From a virus, in the IMG/VR virus record IMGVR_UViG_3300032017_000003, positions 1 through 38,569 of that record: DNA of 38,569 bases; one strand, written 5' to 3'. Both the position numbers and the translations under genes were made by a program. Of the stretch, positions 16,289 to 26,190 are shown in pieces. Under the pieces are notes generated by a model. It had not been told where the DNA came from. It ran no database searches and worked only from the letters and a program-made list of their open reading frames with translations. How positions within the stretch are numbered: the stretch's first letter is position 1; each line of letters starts with the position of its first letter.

Positions 16289-16917
16289 TGAAAACCCCCA
16301 TCAAATACATCGGCGCGCTGGTCGCGCTTGGATTGGTTGCGTTGCTGGCCGTCGCGGGCCCATACGACATCCGCGGCAAGCAGCGGAATGACACTGACAG
16401 CGGCGACTGGGATTTCCTGTTCCCAACGCCAGCAGCGAACGCTGATGGCATCCTATTCCTGCCAGGAGGCACCAAGGTTCCAGGCTATCTGCTGATCGGC
16501 AGCGGCTTGTCAGTGAGCAGTGGAGCGCTCAACGCCACCGGGGTGACGCGCGGCTTCAGCTACCCGACGCGCACGCTCGACACGTGCTACCAAGCGAGCG
16601 CGACGCGCGACACGCAGGTTAGCTACAACGTGACGATCAACACCACCAGCACGCTCACGGCTGGCGGCGTTGGCACGGTGTATCTGGAGGCCTTCACGAA
16701 CAGCGGCTGCACAACCGGCACGCAGGAGATCGGCCGTTTCGTCAACGGCAACACGCAGACGCTCGGGCTCACCGTGACCATGGTGCAGAACGTGACCGGC
16801 AACCTGAACGGCATTGTGCCGGCCGGCATGTGGGTGAAGCAGCGCACGCAGATCAACACCGGCACCGGCGCCAATGTGACGTTCACCGCGTTGCCGGGCC
16901 AGGAAACGCTGCTCTGA
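16288..16917 (+). CDS. hypothetical protein with an N-terminal signal/anchor helix (209 aa)
   Basis: Begins MKTPIKYIGALVALGLVALLAVAGP, followed by a Thr/Asn/Gly-rich, beta-type region. Confidence 0.6.
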   Translation: MKTPIKYIGALVALGLVALLAVAGPYDIRGKQRNDTDSGDWDFLFPTPAANADGILFLPGGTKVPGYLLIGSGLSVSSGALNATGVTRGFSYPTRTLDTCYQASATRDTQVSYNVTINTTSTLTAGGVGTVYLEAFTNSGCTTGTQEIGRFVNGNTQTLGLTVTMVQNVTGNLNGIVPAGMWVKQRTQINTGTGANVTFTALPGQETLL

Positions 16918-16923
16918 GGCACC

Positions 16924-18342
16924 ATGCAAGTCCCGCTGCTGAACGGGATCTACGTCGATTCGACGCCTGATTTCCGCACCTCCTACCCGGTGAACATGAT
17001 GCCGGTGCCGAAGTCGACCGGCATTGCGGAGGGCTATCTGCGGCCGGCGGAGGGCCTGAGCGCCGTGGCCAGCGGCGCCGGCGTGGATCGCGGGGCAATC
17101 AACTGGAACGGTCTACATTACCGGGTGTCTGGCTCGAAGCTGATCCGCATCAATGCGAATCAGACGACCACTGTTCTCGGCGATATTGGGGTCGGAAGCC
17201 AGGTCACGATGGATTACTCATTCGACGTGCTGGCCATCGCATCAGCTGGCCTGCTGTGGTACTGGGACGGCACCTCGCTTACCTATGTGACCGATCCGGA
17301 TATCGGCAACGTCGTCGATATGAAGTGGATCTCGGGGTACTTCATGACGACGGACGGTACGAACCTGATCGTGACCGAGTTGAATGACCGGTACTCCGTG
17401 AATCCTCTGAAGTATGGCTCTTCGGAGGCGGATCCGGATCCGGTGCTGGCCGTCAACGAACTGCGCAACGAAGCCTACGCCTTCAACCGGTACACGATCG
17501 AGGCATTCCAGAACGTGGGCGGCGACAACTTCCCATTCCAGCGCGTCGAGGGCGCCCAGGTGCCGCGCGGCATCATTGGCACGCATGCCTACACCAAGTT
17601 CCTGAACACGTTCGCTTTCGTCGGGAGCGGTCGCAACGAGGCGCCTGCCGTTTACCTGATGACTGCGGCCGATACCGAAAAGCTCTCGACGCGAGAGATC
17701 GACGTGATCCTGGAGCAGTTCACCGAGGCGCAGCTTTCAACGGCGGTAGTCGAATCGCGCATCTTCAAGAACCACGAGTTGTTGTACATCCATCTTCCTG
17801 ACCGCACACTTGTCTTCGATGCGATGTCAACGAAGGCGATTGGGCAGCCTGTCTGGTTCGTGCTGAGCAGCGCCCTCATAGGCATGAGCACCTACCGCGC
17901 CCGCAATTTCGTGTGGGTGTATGACCAGTGGTTTGCCGGCGACCCAACCACTGTGAATGGCGTCGTGTGCGAGCTCCGAACGGACTTCAGCTACCACTAC
18001 AACACCGAGATCGGCTGGGAGTTCGGCACGATGGTGCTCTACAACGGCGGCAACGATGCAATCGTGCTTAGCATGGAGCTCGTTTGCCTCCCGGGCCGTA
18101 TCCTGCCGCAAGACCCCACGGTGTGGACCTCCTACTCGCTCGATGGCGAGACGTGGAGCCAAGAGCGCCCGAAGCAGCTCGGCAAGCAGGGGCAGCGCAA
18201 CAAGCGCGTGGCCTGGCGAAACCAGGGGACGATCCGCAACTACCGCATGCAGAAGTTCCGCGGCACCAGCCAGGGTCATGTTCCGATGGTGCGGCTGGAG
18301 ATGATTCTCGAGCCCCTGATGACCGAGGCGACTAGTGGCTAG
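16924..18342 (+). CDS. tail hub / packaged-DNA stabilisation protein, P22 gp10-like (472 aa)
   Basis: Same length as P22 gp10 as I recall it. YPVNMMPVPKSTG..GYLRP parallels YLPVNMLATPKE...GYLRSFPG, and HELLYIHLPDRTLVFDA parallels HELLIIHLPRHVLVYDA. Confidence 0.75.
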   Translation: MQVPLLNGIYVDSTPDFRTSYPVNMMPVPKSTGIAEGYLRPAEGLSAVASGAGVDRGAINWNGLHYRVSGSKLIRINANQTTTVLGDIGVGSQVTMDYSFDVLAIASAGLLWYWDGTSLTYVTDPDIGNVVDMKWISGYFMTTDGTNLIVTELNDRYSVNPLKYGSSEADPDPVLAVNELRNEAYAFNRYTIEAFQNVGGDNFPFQRVEGAQVPRGIIGTHAYTKFLNTFAFVGSGRNEAPAVYLMTAADTEKLSTREIDVILEQFTEAQLSTAVVESRIFKNHELLYIHLPDRTLVFDAMSTKAIGQPVWFVLSSALIGMSTYRARNFVWVYDQWFAGDPTTVNGVVCELRTDFSYHYNTEIGWEFGTMVLYNGGNDAIVLSMELVCLPGRILPQDPTVWTSYSLDGETWSQERPKQLGKQGQRNKRVAWRNQGTIRNYRMQKFRGTSQGHVPMVRLEMILEPLMTEATSG

Positions 18343-19141
18343 CTCTCCGGTTCCGCGCCTGATCACGCGCGACAAGCTGCAGCGCATCCTGAAGGATCAC
18401 GAGCTTGTCGTCGCCTTCGAGAATTTGCTCAGCCAGGCGGGCACGGTCACGCCTGATGCAGTTGCCGCCGCGCAGGCTTCAGCCGATGCGGCGCAGGCCT
18501 CCGCAAATGCGGCTCAAGCGACCGCCACCGCAGCCGCTTCAAGCGCATCCGCTGCCCAGTCAGACGCGAACGCCCTGAAGATTCCTTCGTACGTTTCTCT
18601 CGCGGCATCGCCGACGCTCTCAAATGAGCGCGTGCTCGCGGTGGGTCCAGGCCTATCGCTCGTTGACGGTGGCGCCGGCGCCGCGGTGACTCTGGATCGC
18701 TCCGACTTGATCAGCGTACTCGGCGGCGATGTCTCTGATTCGACTGGCGCCTTCGTCAACGCCGCGGGGCTGTCGCTGACGCTCGCCGCCAACGCCACCT
18801 ACCTCGTCGACGGGCTGCTGGCGTTTCAGTCGGCGGCCACCACCACCGGCTTGGCGCTGACCTTCACGCTGCCGGCCGGCGCATCGATCGTTGGCAGCTA
18901 CAACCACAACACCACCGCTACCGCGATCGAGGGCAGCTACAACAACGCGGCAGGCGCTGTCGGGGGCAACACCAGCGCAGCCGCAGCTGCCGCCGCAAAT
19001 CTGCCGATCAATGGACGCTGGATCATTGCGACTGGCGCGACCGCTGGCGCAGCGCAACTGCAGTTCAGGACTGAGGTGGCAGCCTCCGCAGTGACGCTCA
19101 AGGCAGCGCTTTCGGCGCTGATCGCCACCCGGCTGGTCTGA
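18335..19141 (+). CDS. tail needle / fibre-like protein at the gp26 position (268 aa)
   Basis: GTG start with GAGG upstream. An Ala/Gln-rich coiled-coil segment is followed by a beta-rich C-terminal domain. Confidence 0.5.
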   Translation: MASSPVPRLITRDKLQRILKDHELVVAFENLLSQAGTVTPDAVAAAQASADAAQASANAAQATATAAASSASAAQSDANALKIPSYVSLAASPTLSNERVLAVGPGLSLVDGGAGAAVTLDRSDLISVLGGDVSDSTGAFVNAAGLSLTLAANATYLVDGLLAFQSAATTTGLALTFTLPAGASIVGSYNHNTTATAIEGSYNNAAGAVGGNTSAAAAAAANLPINGRWIIATGATAGAAQLQFRTEVAASAVTLKAALSALIATRLV

Positions 19142-19142
19142 C

Positions 19143-19172
19143 TTGTCGCCCGGCGCTCGCGGCGCCTACAAT
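19143..19172 (+). promoter_or_regulatory. candidate internal promoter (TTGTCG, 18 nt, TACAAT)
   Basis: It lies in the 86-nt gap upstream of the ejection-protein block. Confidence 0.35.
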
Positions 19173-19227
19173 CCGCGAAGCTGAGCAGATCGAGCCGCCA
19201 GCAGCTCATCACCCTGAAAGGGCGTGC

Positions 19228-19734
19228 ATGATGCTCGCTGAAGTCGCTACCAAGGCGCGCCCCAACTCAGGGGCGGTTCGGATTGAACCGATCCACGATG
19301 AGGCGTTGATCGGCGCCACGCTGCGGCATCCGCGCATCTTCCCCCACATCCGAGACGACGGCTGCCCGACCGCGGCGTCACTGCAGATCGTCCTCTCCGA
19401 CTCTCTGCGCTACCTCGGCGTGTTCGACGGAGACAGATTCCTGGGCCTCTTCCTGGCGCACCCGCACAACTTGGCGCTCTTCGAGGTGCACACGTGCCTG
19501 TTGCCCGAGGCGTGGGGGCCGACAGCCGTAGAGGCGGCAAAGGCGTGTGCCGCGTGGCTTTACGAGAACACGCCGTGCCGCCGCATCGTGACCTGCGTGC
19601 CAGAGGGCAACGTGCTGGCGCTGCGGCTCGCGCGCCAGGCCGGCATGACCGAATACGGCCGCAATCCGCGCAGCCTGCTCCGCGATGGAGTGCTGCTCGA
19701 TCAAATCCTCCTCGGCATGAACAAGGAAGAGTGA
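19228..19734 (+). CDS. GNAT-fold-like protein at the P22 gp14 position (168 aa)
   Basis: FEVHTCLLPEAWGPTAVEAAKACAAWLYENTPCRRIVTCVPEGNVLALRLARQAGMTEYG resembles an acetyltransferase-fold core. It is syntenic with gene 14. Confidence 0.5.
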   Translation: MMLAEVATKARPNSGAVRIEPIHDEALIGATLRHPRIFPHIRDDGCPTAASLQIVLSDSLRYLGVFDGDRFLGLFLAHPHNLALFEVHTCLLPEAWGPTAVEAAKACAAWLYENTPCRRIVTCVPEGNVLALRLARQAGMTEYGRNPRSLLRDGVLLDQILLGMNKEE

Positions 19735-20423
19735 TGCCAGCAGCTGCAGTGGCCGGAGCGGCCGTCATCGGTGGAATCTACTCGGCGCGCAAGTCGGCGA
19801 ACGCGGCCCAAGATGCGTCGAATGCACAAGTTGCGGCCAGCGACAGGGGCATTGCCGAGCAACAGCGCCAGTTCGATGCGGTGCGTGAACTGCTGCAACC
19901 CTACGTCAACACCGGAACCACGGCGCTTGGTCAGCAGGGTGACCTGACAGGGCTGAATGGAACTGGCGCCCAGCAAGCGGCCATTGCCGCGCTGCAGAAC
20001 TCGCCGCAGTTCGCTGCGCTGCAGCAACAAGGCACCAACGCCATCCTCCAGAACGCCTCGGCCACCGGAGGACTGCGCGGCGGCAACACACAGGCCGCGC
20101 TCGCACAGTTCAGCCCGGCACTCTTGAGCCAGCTGATAACCGATCAGTATTCGCGCCTGGGTGGCCTGTCGGCGATGGGTCAAAACGCAGCAGCAGGGGT
20201 TGGGAATGCCGGCATGCAGACCGGTTCCGGCATCTCGAACCTGCTTCAGCAGCAGGGTGCCGCGCAGGCTGGCGGCGCGCTCGCGCAAGGACGCGCACAG
20301 GCCGGCTATGTGAACGCCTTCGGCAATGCAATCGGCGCCTATGGCGCTCTCGGCGGCTTCGGTGGTGGCGGCGGCAGCAGCAGTCCCTCGAACGCTGAAC
20401 TCGCAGCCAAATACGGGTTCTGA
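19734..20423 (+). CDS. ejection / internal virion protein, gp7 position (229 aa)
   Basis: ATG 19734 overlaps the previous stop. It has an N-terminal hydrophobic segment and is Gly/Gln/Ala-rich. Its length matches P22 gp7 as I recall it. Confidence 0.5.
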   Translation: MPAAAVAGAAVIGGIYSARKSANAAQDASNAQVAASDRGIAEQQRQFDAVRELLQPYVNTGTTALGQQGDLTGLNGTGAQQAAIAALQNSPQFAALQQQGTNAILQNASATGGLRGGNTQAALAQFSPALLSQLITDQYSRLGGLSAMGQNAAAGVGNAGMQTGSGISNLLQQQGAAQAGGALAQGRAQAGYVNAFGNAIGAYGALGGFGGGGGSSSPSNAELAAKYGF

Positions 20424-20425
20424 CC

Positions 20426-21835
20426 ATGGTTTCACCAATCGACTACACCCAAGACGTTCAAACGCCGTTCCAGTCGGTGCTGCAGGGCTACGCCGGCGGT
20501 GCGCAGATCCGCAACGACCAGCAGCAGCAAGCAGCGATCGCGGGGCAACAGGCCGCCGCACAGCAACAGCAGCAATTGCTGTCCCGCTTGGCCAGCAACC
20601 CGAGGGCAACCGCGAACGACTATGCGGCCGTGATGACGCAGATCCCTTCTGCGGCAGAAAATCTCGCGCGCGCATGGACGACGAAGAACACGGCCCAGCA
20701 ACAGGCGCAGGCATCCGATCTGCTGCAGTGGGGGTCCGCGATCAAATCAGGTCGGCCAGACATCGCGGCTGAGCTGCTGAACAAGCGCGCCGATGCCATG
20801 GAGGCGAGTGGCGGCCAGACTCCTGAATCACAGGTTCTGCGCACGCATGCGCAGACCATCGAGGCGCATCCAGAGTTCGCGCTCGGCCTGATTCAGGCGC
20901 TTCTGTCGGCCAACCCGAACGGCAAGGAAGCCGCGACGACGCTCGCATCGTTCGGCGCCGAGAAGCGCGCCGAGGACGCTGCCCCGGTTGACCTCGAGAC
21001 GAAGAAGGCCGAGGCCAAGATCAAGGGTGCTGATGCAACAACCGCGCTCGAGAAGAACGTATGGGACATCGCGAACGTCAAGAGCCAAGTTGCGGACCGC
21101 TCGGCGCGCCTCGGCCTGGACCGCGACAAGCTCACCTCCGAAACGCAGCTCAGACTCACCGAACTGCAGCAGAAGTGGGGCGAACTGCCGGAGTTCGTGG
21201 CCAAGCAGGTCAACGAAGCGACGACCGACGCCATGGCCGCCGATCAGTCGGCGAAGAAGATGCTGGATCTGGCTGCGCAGCTGGAGAAGGAAGGCGGCGG
21301 CTATGGCGCGTTCTCGACCGCCGGCGAGTGGATCAAGCGCGTGACCGGCAACCAGAACGAAATGAGCCGGCTCCGCGCCGAGTACAACCGCATGGTGACG
21401 CCGTCCGCCATGGCTGCCTACAAGCAGGTCGCGTCCGGCTCAACCTCCGACAAGGACATCGAGACGGCGATGACTGGCGTCCCGAAGGACACGGCCGACG
21501 CGGCAACCATGGGCGCCTATCTGCGCGGTGTCGCGAAGCTGCAGGCCTACGACTCCATCCTCCAGAACGCCAAGAGTGAATGGCTCGGCGCGGTGCGAAG
21601 CCTCGGCAAGGCGAAGGGCGATGTGGAAATCGACGGCGTGAAGGTTCCTGCTGGCACGACCTTCAAGAACTTCAGCGACGAGTACATGAAGCGCAAGACC
21701 GCTGAGCGCACCTCGGCCGACACGATCGCGAAGAGTCCGTATGCCCAGTTCGCGAACCCGGTGCAGCCGGCGCAACCCGCCGCGCCGCCCGCCAATCCGC
21801 TGCAGAGCGTCCTGCCGGTCACCGGGGGCATGTGA
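20426..21835 (+). CDS. ejection / internal virion protein, gp20 position (469 aa)
   Basis: Size and order fit. The composition is Gln/Ala/Lys-rich and looks helical. Confidence 0.5.
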   Translation: MVSPIDYTQDVQTPFQSVLQGYAGGAQIRNDQQQQAAIAGQQAAAQQQQQLLSRLASNPRATANDYAAVMTQIPSAAENLARAWTTKNTAQQQAQASDLLQWGSAIKSGRPDIAAELLNKRADAMEASGGQTPESQVLRTHAQTIEAHPEFALGLIQALLSANPNGKEAATTLASFGAEKRAEDAAPVDLETKKAEAKIKGADATTALEKNVWDIANVKSQVADRSARLGLDRDKLTSETQLRLTELQQKWGELPEFVAKQVNEATTDAMAADQSAKKMLDLAAQLEKEGGGYGAFSTAGEWIKRVTGNQNEMSRLRAEYNRMVTPSAMAAYKQVASGSTSDKDIETAMTGVPKDTADAATMGAYLRGVAKLQAYDSILQNAKSEWLGAVRSLGKAKGDVEIDGVKVPAGTTFKNFSDEYMKRKTAERTSADTIAKSPYAQFANPVQPAQPAAPPANPLQSVLPVTGGM

Positions 21836-24471
21836 TGGCCGCCGAGACGCCGAACAGCTACAAGGATCCATTCTGGTCGGACCTCGCCGGCCGAGTGGAG
21901 GCCAAGCTCGAGCTGCCGAAGGGGCTGCTCGTCGGCATCGTCACGCGCGGCGAGCGCAGCAACGCCGACCAGGTGAGCGAGGCCGGTGCCCGCACGCCGT
22001 TCCAGATCATTCCGGCCACGCGCAAGGCCGCGGTGGAGAAGTGGGGTATTGATCCGATGCTCAGCCCGGAGAACGCTGCCGAGGTGGCCGGACTGCTCCT
22101 CAAGGACTCGCTGCAGCGCAACCAGGGCGATCCAGCCTTGGCCGTGGCCGAGTACCACGGTGGCACCGATCGGTCGAACTGGGGTCCGCGCACGAAGGCC
22201 TACGTGCAGCGCGTCGTCGGCGCGCAGCCGCAGCCGGTTTCCGATCAGTCCCCCAACACCGCTGTCGACCTGCCGCCTGCCGACCCGACGCAGGGCGGCC
22301 AGAGCACGTTCGATCGCGTGTCGGCCGCCATGAAGCCCGCCGGCTCGGCCATCGCGAACGTGTACGCCGCGTACAAGGGCGGCCAGATGTCGCCGGAGCA
22401 GGCGCATGCCTTCGAGGCGGACGTGAACGCCGGCAAGGTGATGCTGCCGCGCGGCGCGACGCTGAACCAGGCTGCGGCAAGCGCCTCGCCACCGTCCGGC
22501 GCGGAGGCGAACATCGTCAACGCGTTCAACAACCGGCTGATGAACTCGGAGCAGCAGGCCGCACTGCTGAAGGATGTTCAGGCTGGCTCGTTCAAAGTGC
22601 CGCAGGGCATGTCACTGAACATCCCTGGCACGAGCGCCGGCAGCGGCATCCCGGACTCCGGTGTCGGGTTGACCGGCCCGGTCGCCGACGCGCCTGCGCC
22701 GACCCTGGCGCAACGTGCTGTTGGGACTGGTGAAGCGGCGCTCACCGCGCTCACGGGTGTGGCGGGCGGCACAGTCGGCACCGCGGCAGGCACAGTGCGC
22801 GGCATGGCGCGGCAAATCCTGAGCGGAGAATTCGGCACGCCGCAAGCTGCGGATGCCGTCGAGAAGGAGGCCGCCGACATGGCCGCCTCGTTGACCTATC
22901 ACCCGCGCACGGAGCAGGGCCAGAACCAGGCCGAGGCGCTCGGAAACGTGATGCAGCAGGTTCTGCCGGTCATGCCGCTGACGGGTGAGCTCGGGATGGC
23001 CGCGCGCGCCGCCGCGCCGGTGCGGGCCGCTGTCGGCGACGCCTCCCAGGCTGCACGTGCGGTGGCCAGCGAGCGTGTTGCGGCCCCGGTGTCGGAAGCC
23101 TCGCGCGCTGCCGTCGATCGCATCAAGCAGTTGACCGGCTTTAGCCGCGAGGAAGCGCGTCCGACTGCTGGCACGCAAGGCAGCGCAGGCGCCGCCGGAA
23201 CCGATGTTGCGGCGCAGCGTGCTGCAACCGCAGAGCAGTTGCCAGTTCCCATCCGACTCACCGAAGGCCAGGCGACGCGGGAGTTTGGACAGCAACGCTT
23301 CGAAGGTGAGACCGCCAAGGATTCGAACATCGGAGCACCGTTGCGCGACCGATTCGCCGAGCAGAACGCCCAGCTGTCGCAGAACTTCGAACGGATGATC
23401 GATGAGACGGGTGCAGTCACGCCATCCAACATCGAGACCGGGCGTGCCGTGAATGATGCGCTCACGAAGGCGGCGGCGGCCAAGAAAGCCGAATACCGCG
23501 CGAAGTACCGCGTGGCTGACAAGTCGGGCGAGCTTGAGGAGCCGGTGTCGCTCGCGCCGCTGGCCGAGTACCTCAACGCCAACCGGGCCGGCCGATCGTC
23601 CGCGCCGATCCTGGGCACGATCGCCGATGAGCTGAAGGTGCAAGGCATTGGAGACGGAGCAATCGCAGATGGCTCGCTCGTCGCGCGCGATGCGACGCTG
23701 GCGCAAGCGGAGGCCATCCGCAAGGCTGTGAACAAATTCGTCAAGGACACGGACCCGAACGACGTGCGCGTGGGCTCCGAGATCAAGAGCGTGATCGATC
23801 AGATCACTGAAGGGAAGGGCGGCGAGCTCTACAAGGAGGCGCGCAAGGCTCGCCAGCGCTACTCCCAACTCTTCGAGGACAACGCGATCGTGTCGCAGCT
23901 GCTGAAGACGCGCCGCGGCACAGCGGATCGCCAGGTCGCGCTTGAGGATGTCTTCAACAAGACGATCCTGAACGGCGATCGCGAGGGCCTTGGGATGCTG
24001 CGCCGAACGCTGCAGGTGGCCGGCGGCGAAGAGGGTGCGCAGGCCTGGCGCGAATTGCAGGGCGCGACGTTGCGCCACCTGGTCGACGAGGCAAACAAGG
24101 GCGTCGGCACCGATGTCGCTGGCCGCACGATCTTCTCTGCATCCGGCCTGGACAAGGCGATCAAAGCTCTCGAGCAGGGCGGCAAGCTCGATTTCATCCT
24201 CGGGAAGAAGGGTGCACAGACCGTCCGCGATGTGAATGAGATTGCGAAGGTGGTGAAGACCCTTCCGCCAGGCGCCGTGAACACCAGCAACACGGCCAGC
24301 GTGCTTCTATTGGCACTGAGTGAGGCCGGGGCTACGGGTGCCCTTACGGGCCTCCCGGTGCCGGCGATGAGCCTGATGCGGGCGGCGTCCTCCTACATCA
24401 AAGACTCAAAAACTCGCGCTCGAGTGCAGGCCGCCCTGCGCGAGCCATCCGCAACGAACAAGCGCTTCTGA
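21835..24471 (+). CDS. ejection protein with an N-terminal lytic transglycosylase (SLT) domain, gp16 position (878 aa)
   Basis: RGERSNADQVSEAGARTPFQIIPATRKAA...AVAEYHGG matches the SLT pattern E-S...S.aGA.G.mQ..p.T...y..G. The rest of the protein is long and Ala-rich. Confidence 0.7.
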   Translation: MAAETPNSYKDPFWSDLAGRVEAKLELPKGLLVGIVTRGERSNADQVSEAGARTPFQIIPATRKAAVEKWGIDPMLSPENAAEVAGLLLKDSLQRNQGDPALAVAEYHGGTDRSNWGPRTKAYVQRVVGAQPQPVSDQSPNTAVDLPPADPTQGGQSTFDRVSAAMKPAGSAIANVYAAYKGGQMSPEQAHAFEADVNAGKVMLPRGATLNQAAASASPPSGAEANIVNAFNNRLMNSEQQAALLKDVQAGSFKVPQGMSLNIPGTSAGSGIPDSGVGLTGPVADAPAPTLAQRAVGTGEAALTALTGVAGGTVGTAAGTVRGMARQILSGEFGTPQAADAVEKEAADMAASLTYHPRTEQGQNQAEALGNVMQQVLPVMPLTGELGMAARAAAPVRAAVGDASQAARAVASERVAAPVSEASRAAVDRIKQLTGFSREEARPTAGTQGSAGAAGTDVAAQRAATAEQLPVPIRLTEGQATREFGQQRFEGETAKDSNIGAPLRDRFAEQNAQLSQNFERMIDETGAVTPSNIETGRAVNDALTKAAAAKKAEYRAKYRVADKSGELEEPVSLAPLAEYLNANRAGRSSAPILGTIADELKVQGIGDGAIADGSLVARDATLAQAEAIRKAVNKFVKDTDPNDVRVGSEIKSVIDQITEGKGGELYKEARKARQRYSQLFEDNAIVSQLLKTRRGTADRQVALEDVFNKTILNGDREGLGMLRRTLQVAGGEEGAQAWRELQGATLRHLVDEANKGVGTDVAGRTIFSASGLDKAIKALEQGGKLDFILGKKGAQTVRDVNEIAKVVKTLPPGAVNTSNTASVLLLALSEAGATGALTGLPVPAMSLMRAASSYIKDSKTRARVQAALREPSATNKRF

Positions 24472-24480
24472 GAGAACAAG

Positions 24481-26190
24481 ATGCTCGCCACCACCTCTCC
24501 ATTCCCGCAGTTCTTCGACGCTGACGGCTCGCCACTCGATGATGGCGAGTTGTTCTATGGCTCGGCCAACCTGAACCCGGAGAACAATCCGCTGATCGTG
24601 TACTGGGACGCCGCCGGCACGCAGCCGGCTGCGCAGCCTGTGAAGGTCATGAACGGCTACCCGGTGCGAGGCGGAACGCCGGCAAACATCTTCTCGGCCC
24701 TTGATTATTCGCTGACGGTGCGTGATCGCAAGGGCCGCATCGTCTACTACTCTCCGAGCTCAGTCTCATACAGCAACGACCTGGCGCTGCAGCAGCAGAT
24801 TGCGCAGGCTGTGTCGGACCTGAAGACGCTCTATGCAGACCCGGCGTCGGCATTGAATGGCGCCGGCGCGGTCGGATATGGATCCGATATTGCCTATATG
24901 GCCGGGACGATCGGGGCGAAGGCGCGCGAGACCAAGAGCATCTTCGACTTCATGTCGAACGCCCAGCTGCAGGACGTGATGACGAATACGTGCGCGCTCG
25001 ATCTGGCCAGCGTATTCACGGCCGCACGTGCGTGGGCGGCAGGCCTCGGCCGACCGGCGGCGGTCATCTTCCCTGGCTTCCGCTACAAGGCGAGCGCGTT
25101 CCCGAACTGGGACATCAAGGATCTCGCACTGGTGTCGATCGGAACGCCGGAGTGGATCTGTACCGGCGCCGGACCGATCATGCGCCGCGACGGTTCGGCT
25201 GGCTTCATCTACGGCCAGTTCATCGGCGACTTCATCCTGACCGGCAATCCCGGTTGTTCGGTGGGCTACCTGGCGACGAAGACGACCCACAGTGTTGTCG
25301 GGCAGATCCGAGTGCGTGAGGTCAGCGGCACCTCGCATCAGATCCAGCTCGGCGTGCTCGAATACTACCGGCAGGTAGAGTGCTCGATCAACTCCGACCC
25401 GGGCATGGTCACCATTCCGGCGCGCGGACTGCAACTCGGCGCGTTCGGCGGCTTGTCGACCACCGCGTGTATCTTCGCGAATGCAATCATGGAAGGGCCG
25501 GTGCAGGGCTTTGACCTGGTCGCGGCGGACAACATCTTGTTCCTCGCCGGAACGGGCGAGGCATGCACGGTACGCGGAGGCAACACGGCGGCCGTGTGCA
25601 AGGGGATCACGCTGCAGAACATGAGCTGCGAAGCCAACGGTACCGAGGACTGGCTGAACTTCGGCCGCATGACCGGCTTCATCGGCGGCTACTACGGCAA
25701 ACTGATCAACCACATCGGCGCTCGTCTATTCGTGATCGACCGAGCACTCCTGCAGTCGGTCACCTCCGACGCGGCAAGCTCAGGCGAAATCCGGGACTGT
25801 GAATACAGCAACTTCAGTGCAGGCGGCTCGATCACCCCGGCAGCCGGCGCGCGCGTCACGCTGCGGAGCAACTGGAATGTCAATCTCGCCACTCTGTCAA
25901 ACTTCAGCTGTCGCGAGTGGACGAATCCAGTGCAGACCTTCGCGGCCATCACGCCCCCGGCCTCCGGAACCGCCTATCAGAACACCAGCGCCTATGCAGA
26001 GCGGATTTCTTTCATCCAGACAGGCGGTACAGTCACCGCGATCGAGATCGCCGACACGGCCAATGCCTTTACAACCGTTGGCGGCGGAGCGACCGGAGGC
26101 CCGGTGGGCGGCGTATTCTGGCTGTTCCCTGGCGAGAAATTCCGGCCGACCTATAGCGGGTCGGTGCAAATGACGAGGCTTCCGGCATGA
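24481..26190 (+). CDS. tailspike / tail fibre (569 aa)
   Basis: The N-terminus FPQFFDADGSPLDDGELFYGSANLNPENNPLIVYWDAAGT is a common phage fibre/spike head-binding motif. This is the last structural gene before the lysis genes. Confidence 0.6.
   Translation: MLATTSPFPQFFDADGSPLDDGELFYGSANLNPENNPLIVYWDAAGTQPAAQPVKVMNGYPVRGGTPANIFSALDYSLTVRDRKGRIVYYSPSSVSYSNDLALQQQIAQAVSDLKTLYADPASALNGAGAVGYGSDIAYMAGTIGAKARETKSIFDFMSNAQLQDVMTNTCALDLASVFTAARAWAAGLGRPAAVIFPGFRYKASAFPNWDIKDLALVSIGTPEWICTGAGPIMRRDGSAGFIYGQFIGDFILTGNPGCSVGYLATKTTHSVVGQIRVREVSGTSHQIQLGVLEYYRQVECSINSDPGMVTIPARGLQLGAFGGLSTTACIFANAIMEGPVQGFDLVAADNILFLAGTGEACTVRGGNTAAVCKGITLQNMSCEANGTEDWLNFGRMTGFIGGYYGKLINHIGARLFVIDRALLQSVTSDAASSGEIRDCEYSNFSAGGSITPAAGARVTLRSNWNVNLATLSNFSCREWTNPVQTFAAITPPASGTAYQNTSAYAERISFIQTGGTVTAIEIADTANAFTTVGGGATGGPVGGVFWLFPGEKFRPTYSGSVQMTRLPA

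Noticed and set aside
15183-19141. Diversity-generating retroelement, as in BPP-1-type phages with similar head genes
   Set aside because: No reverse transcriptase ORF exists in any frame, and I saw no template/variable repeat pair near the fibre or needle genes.
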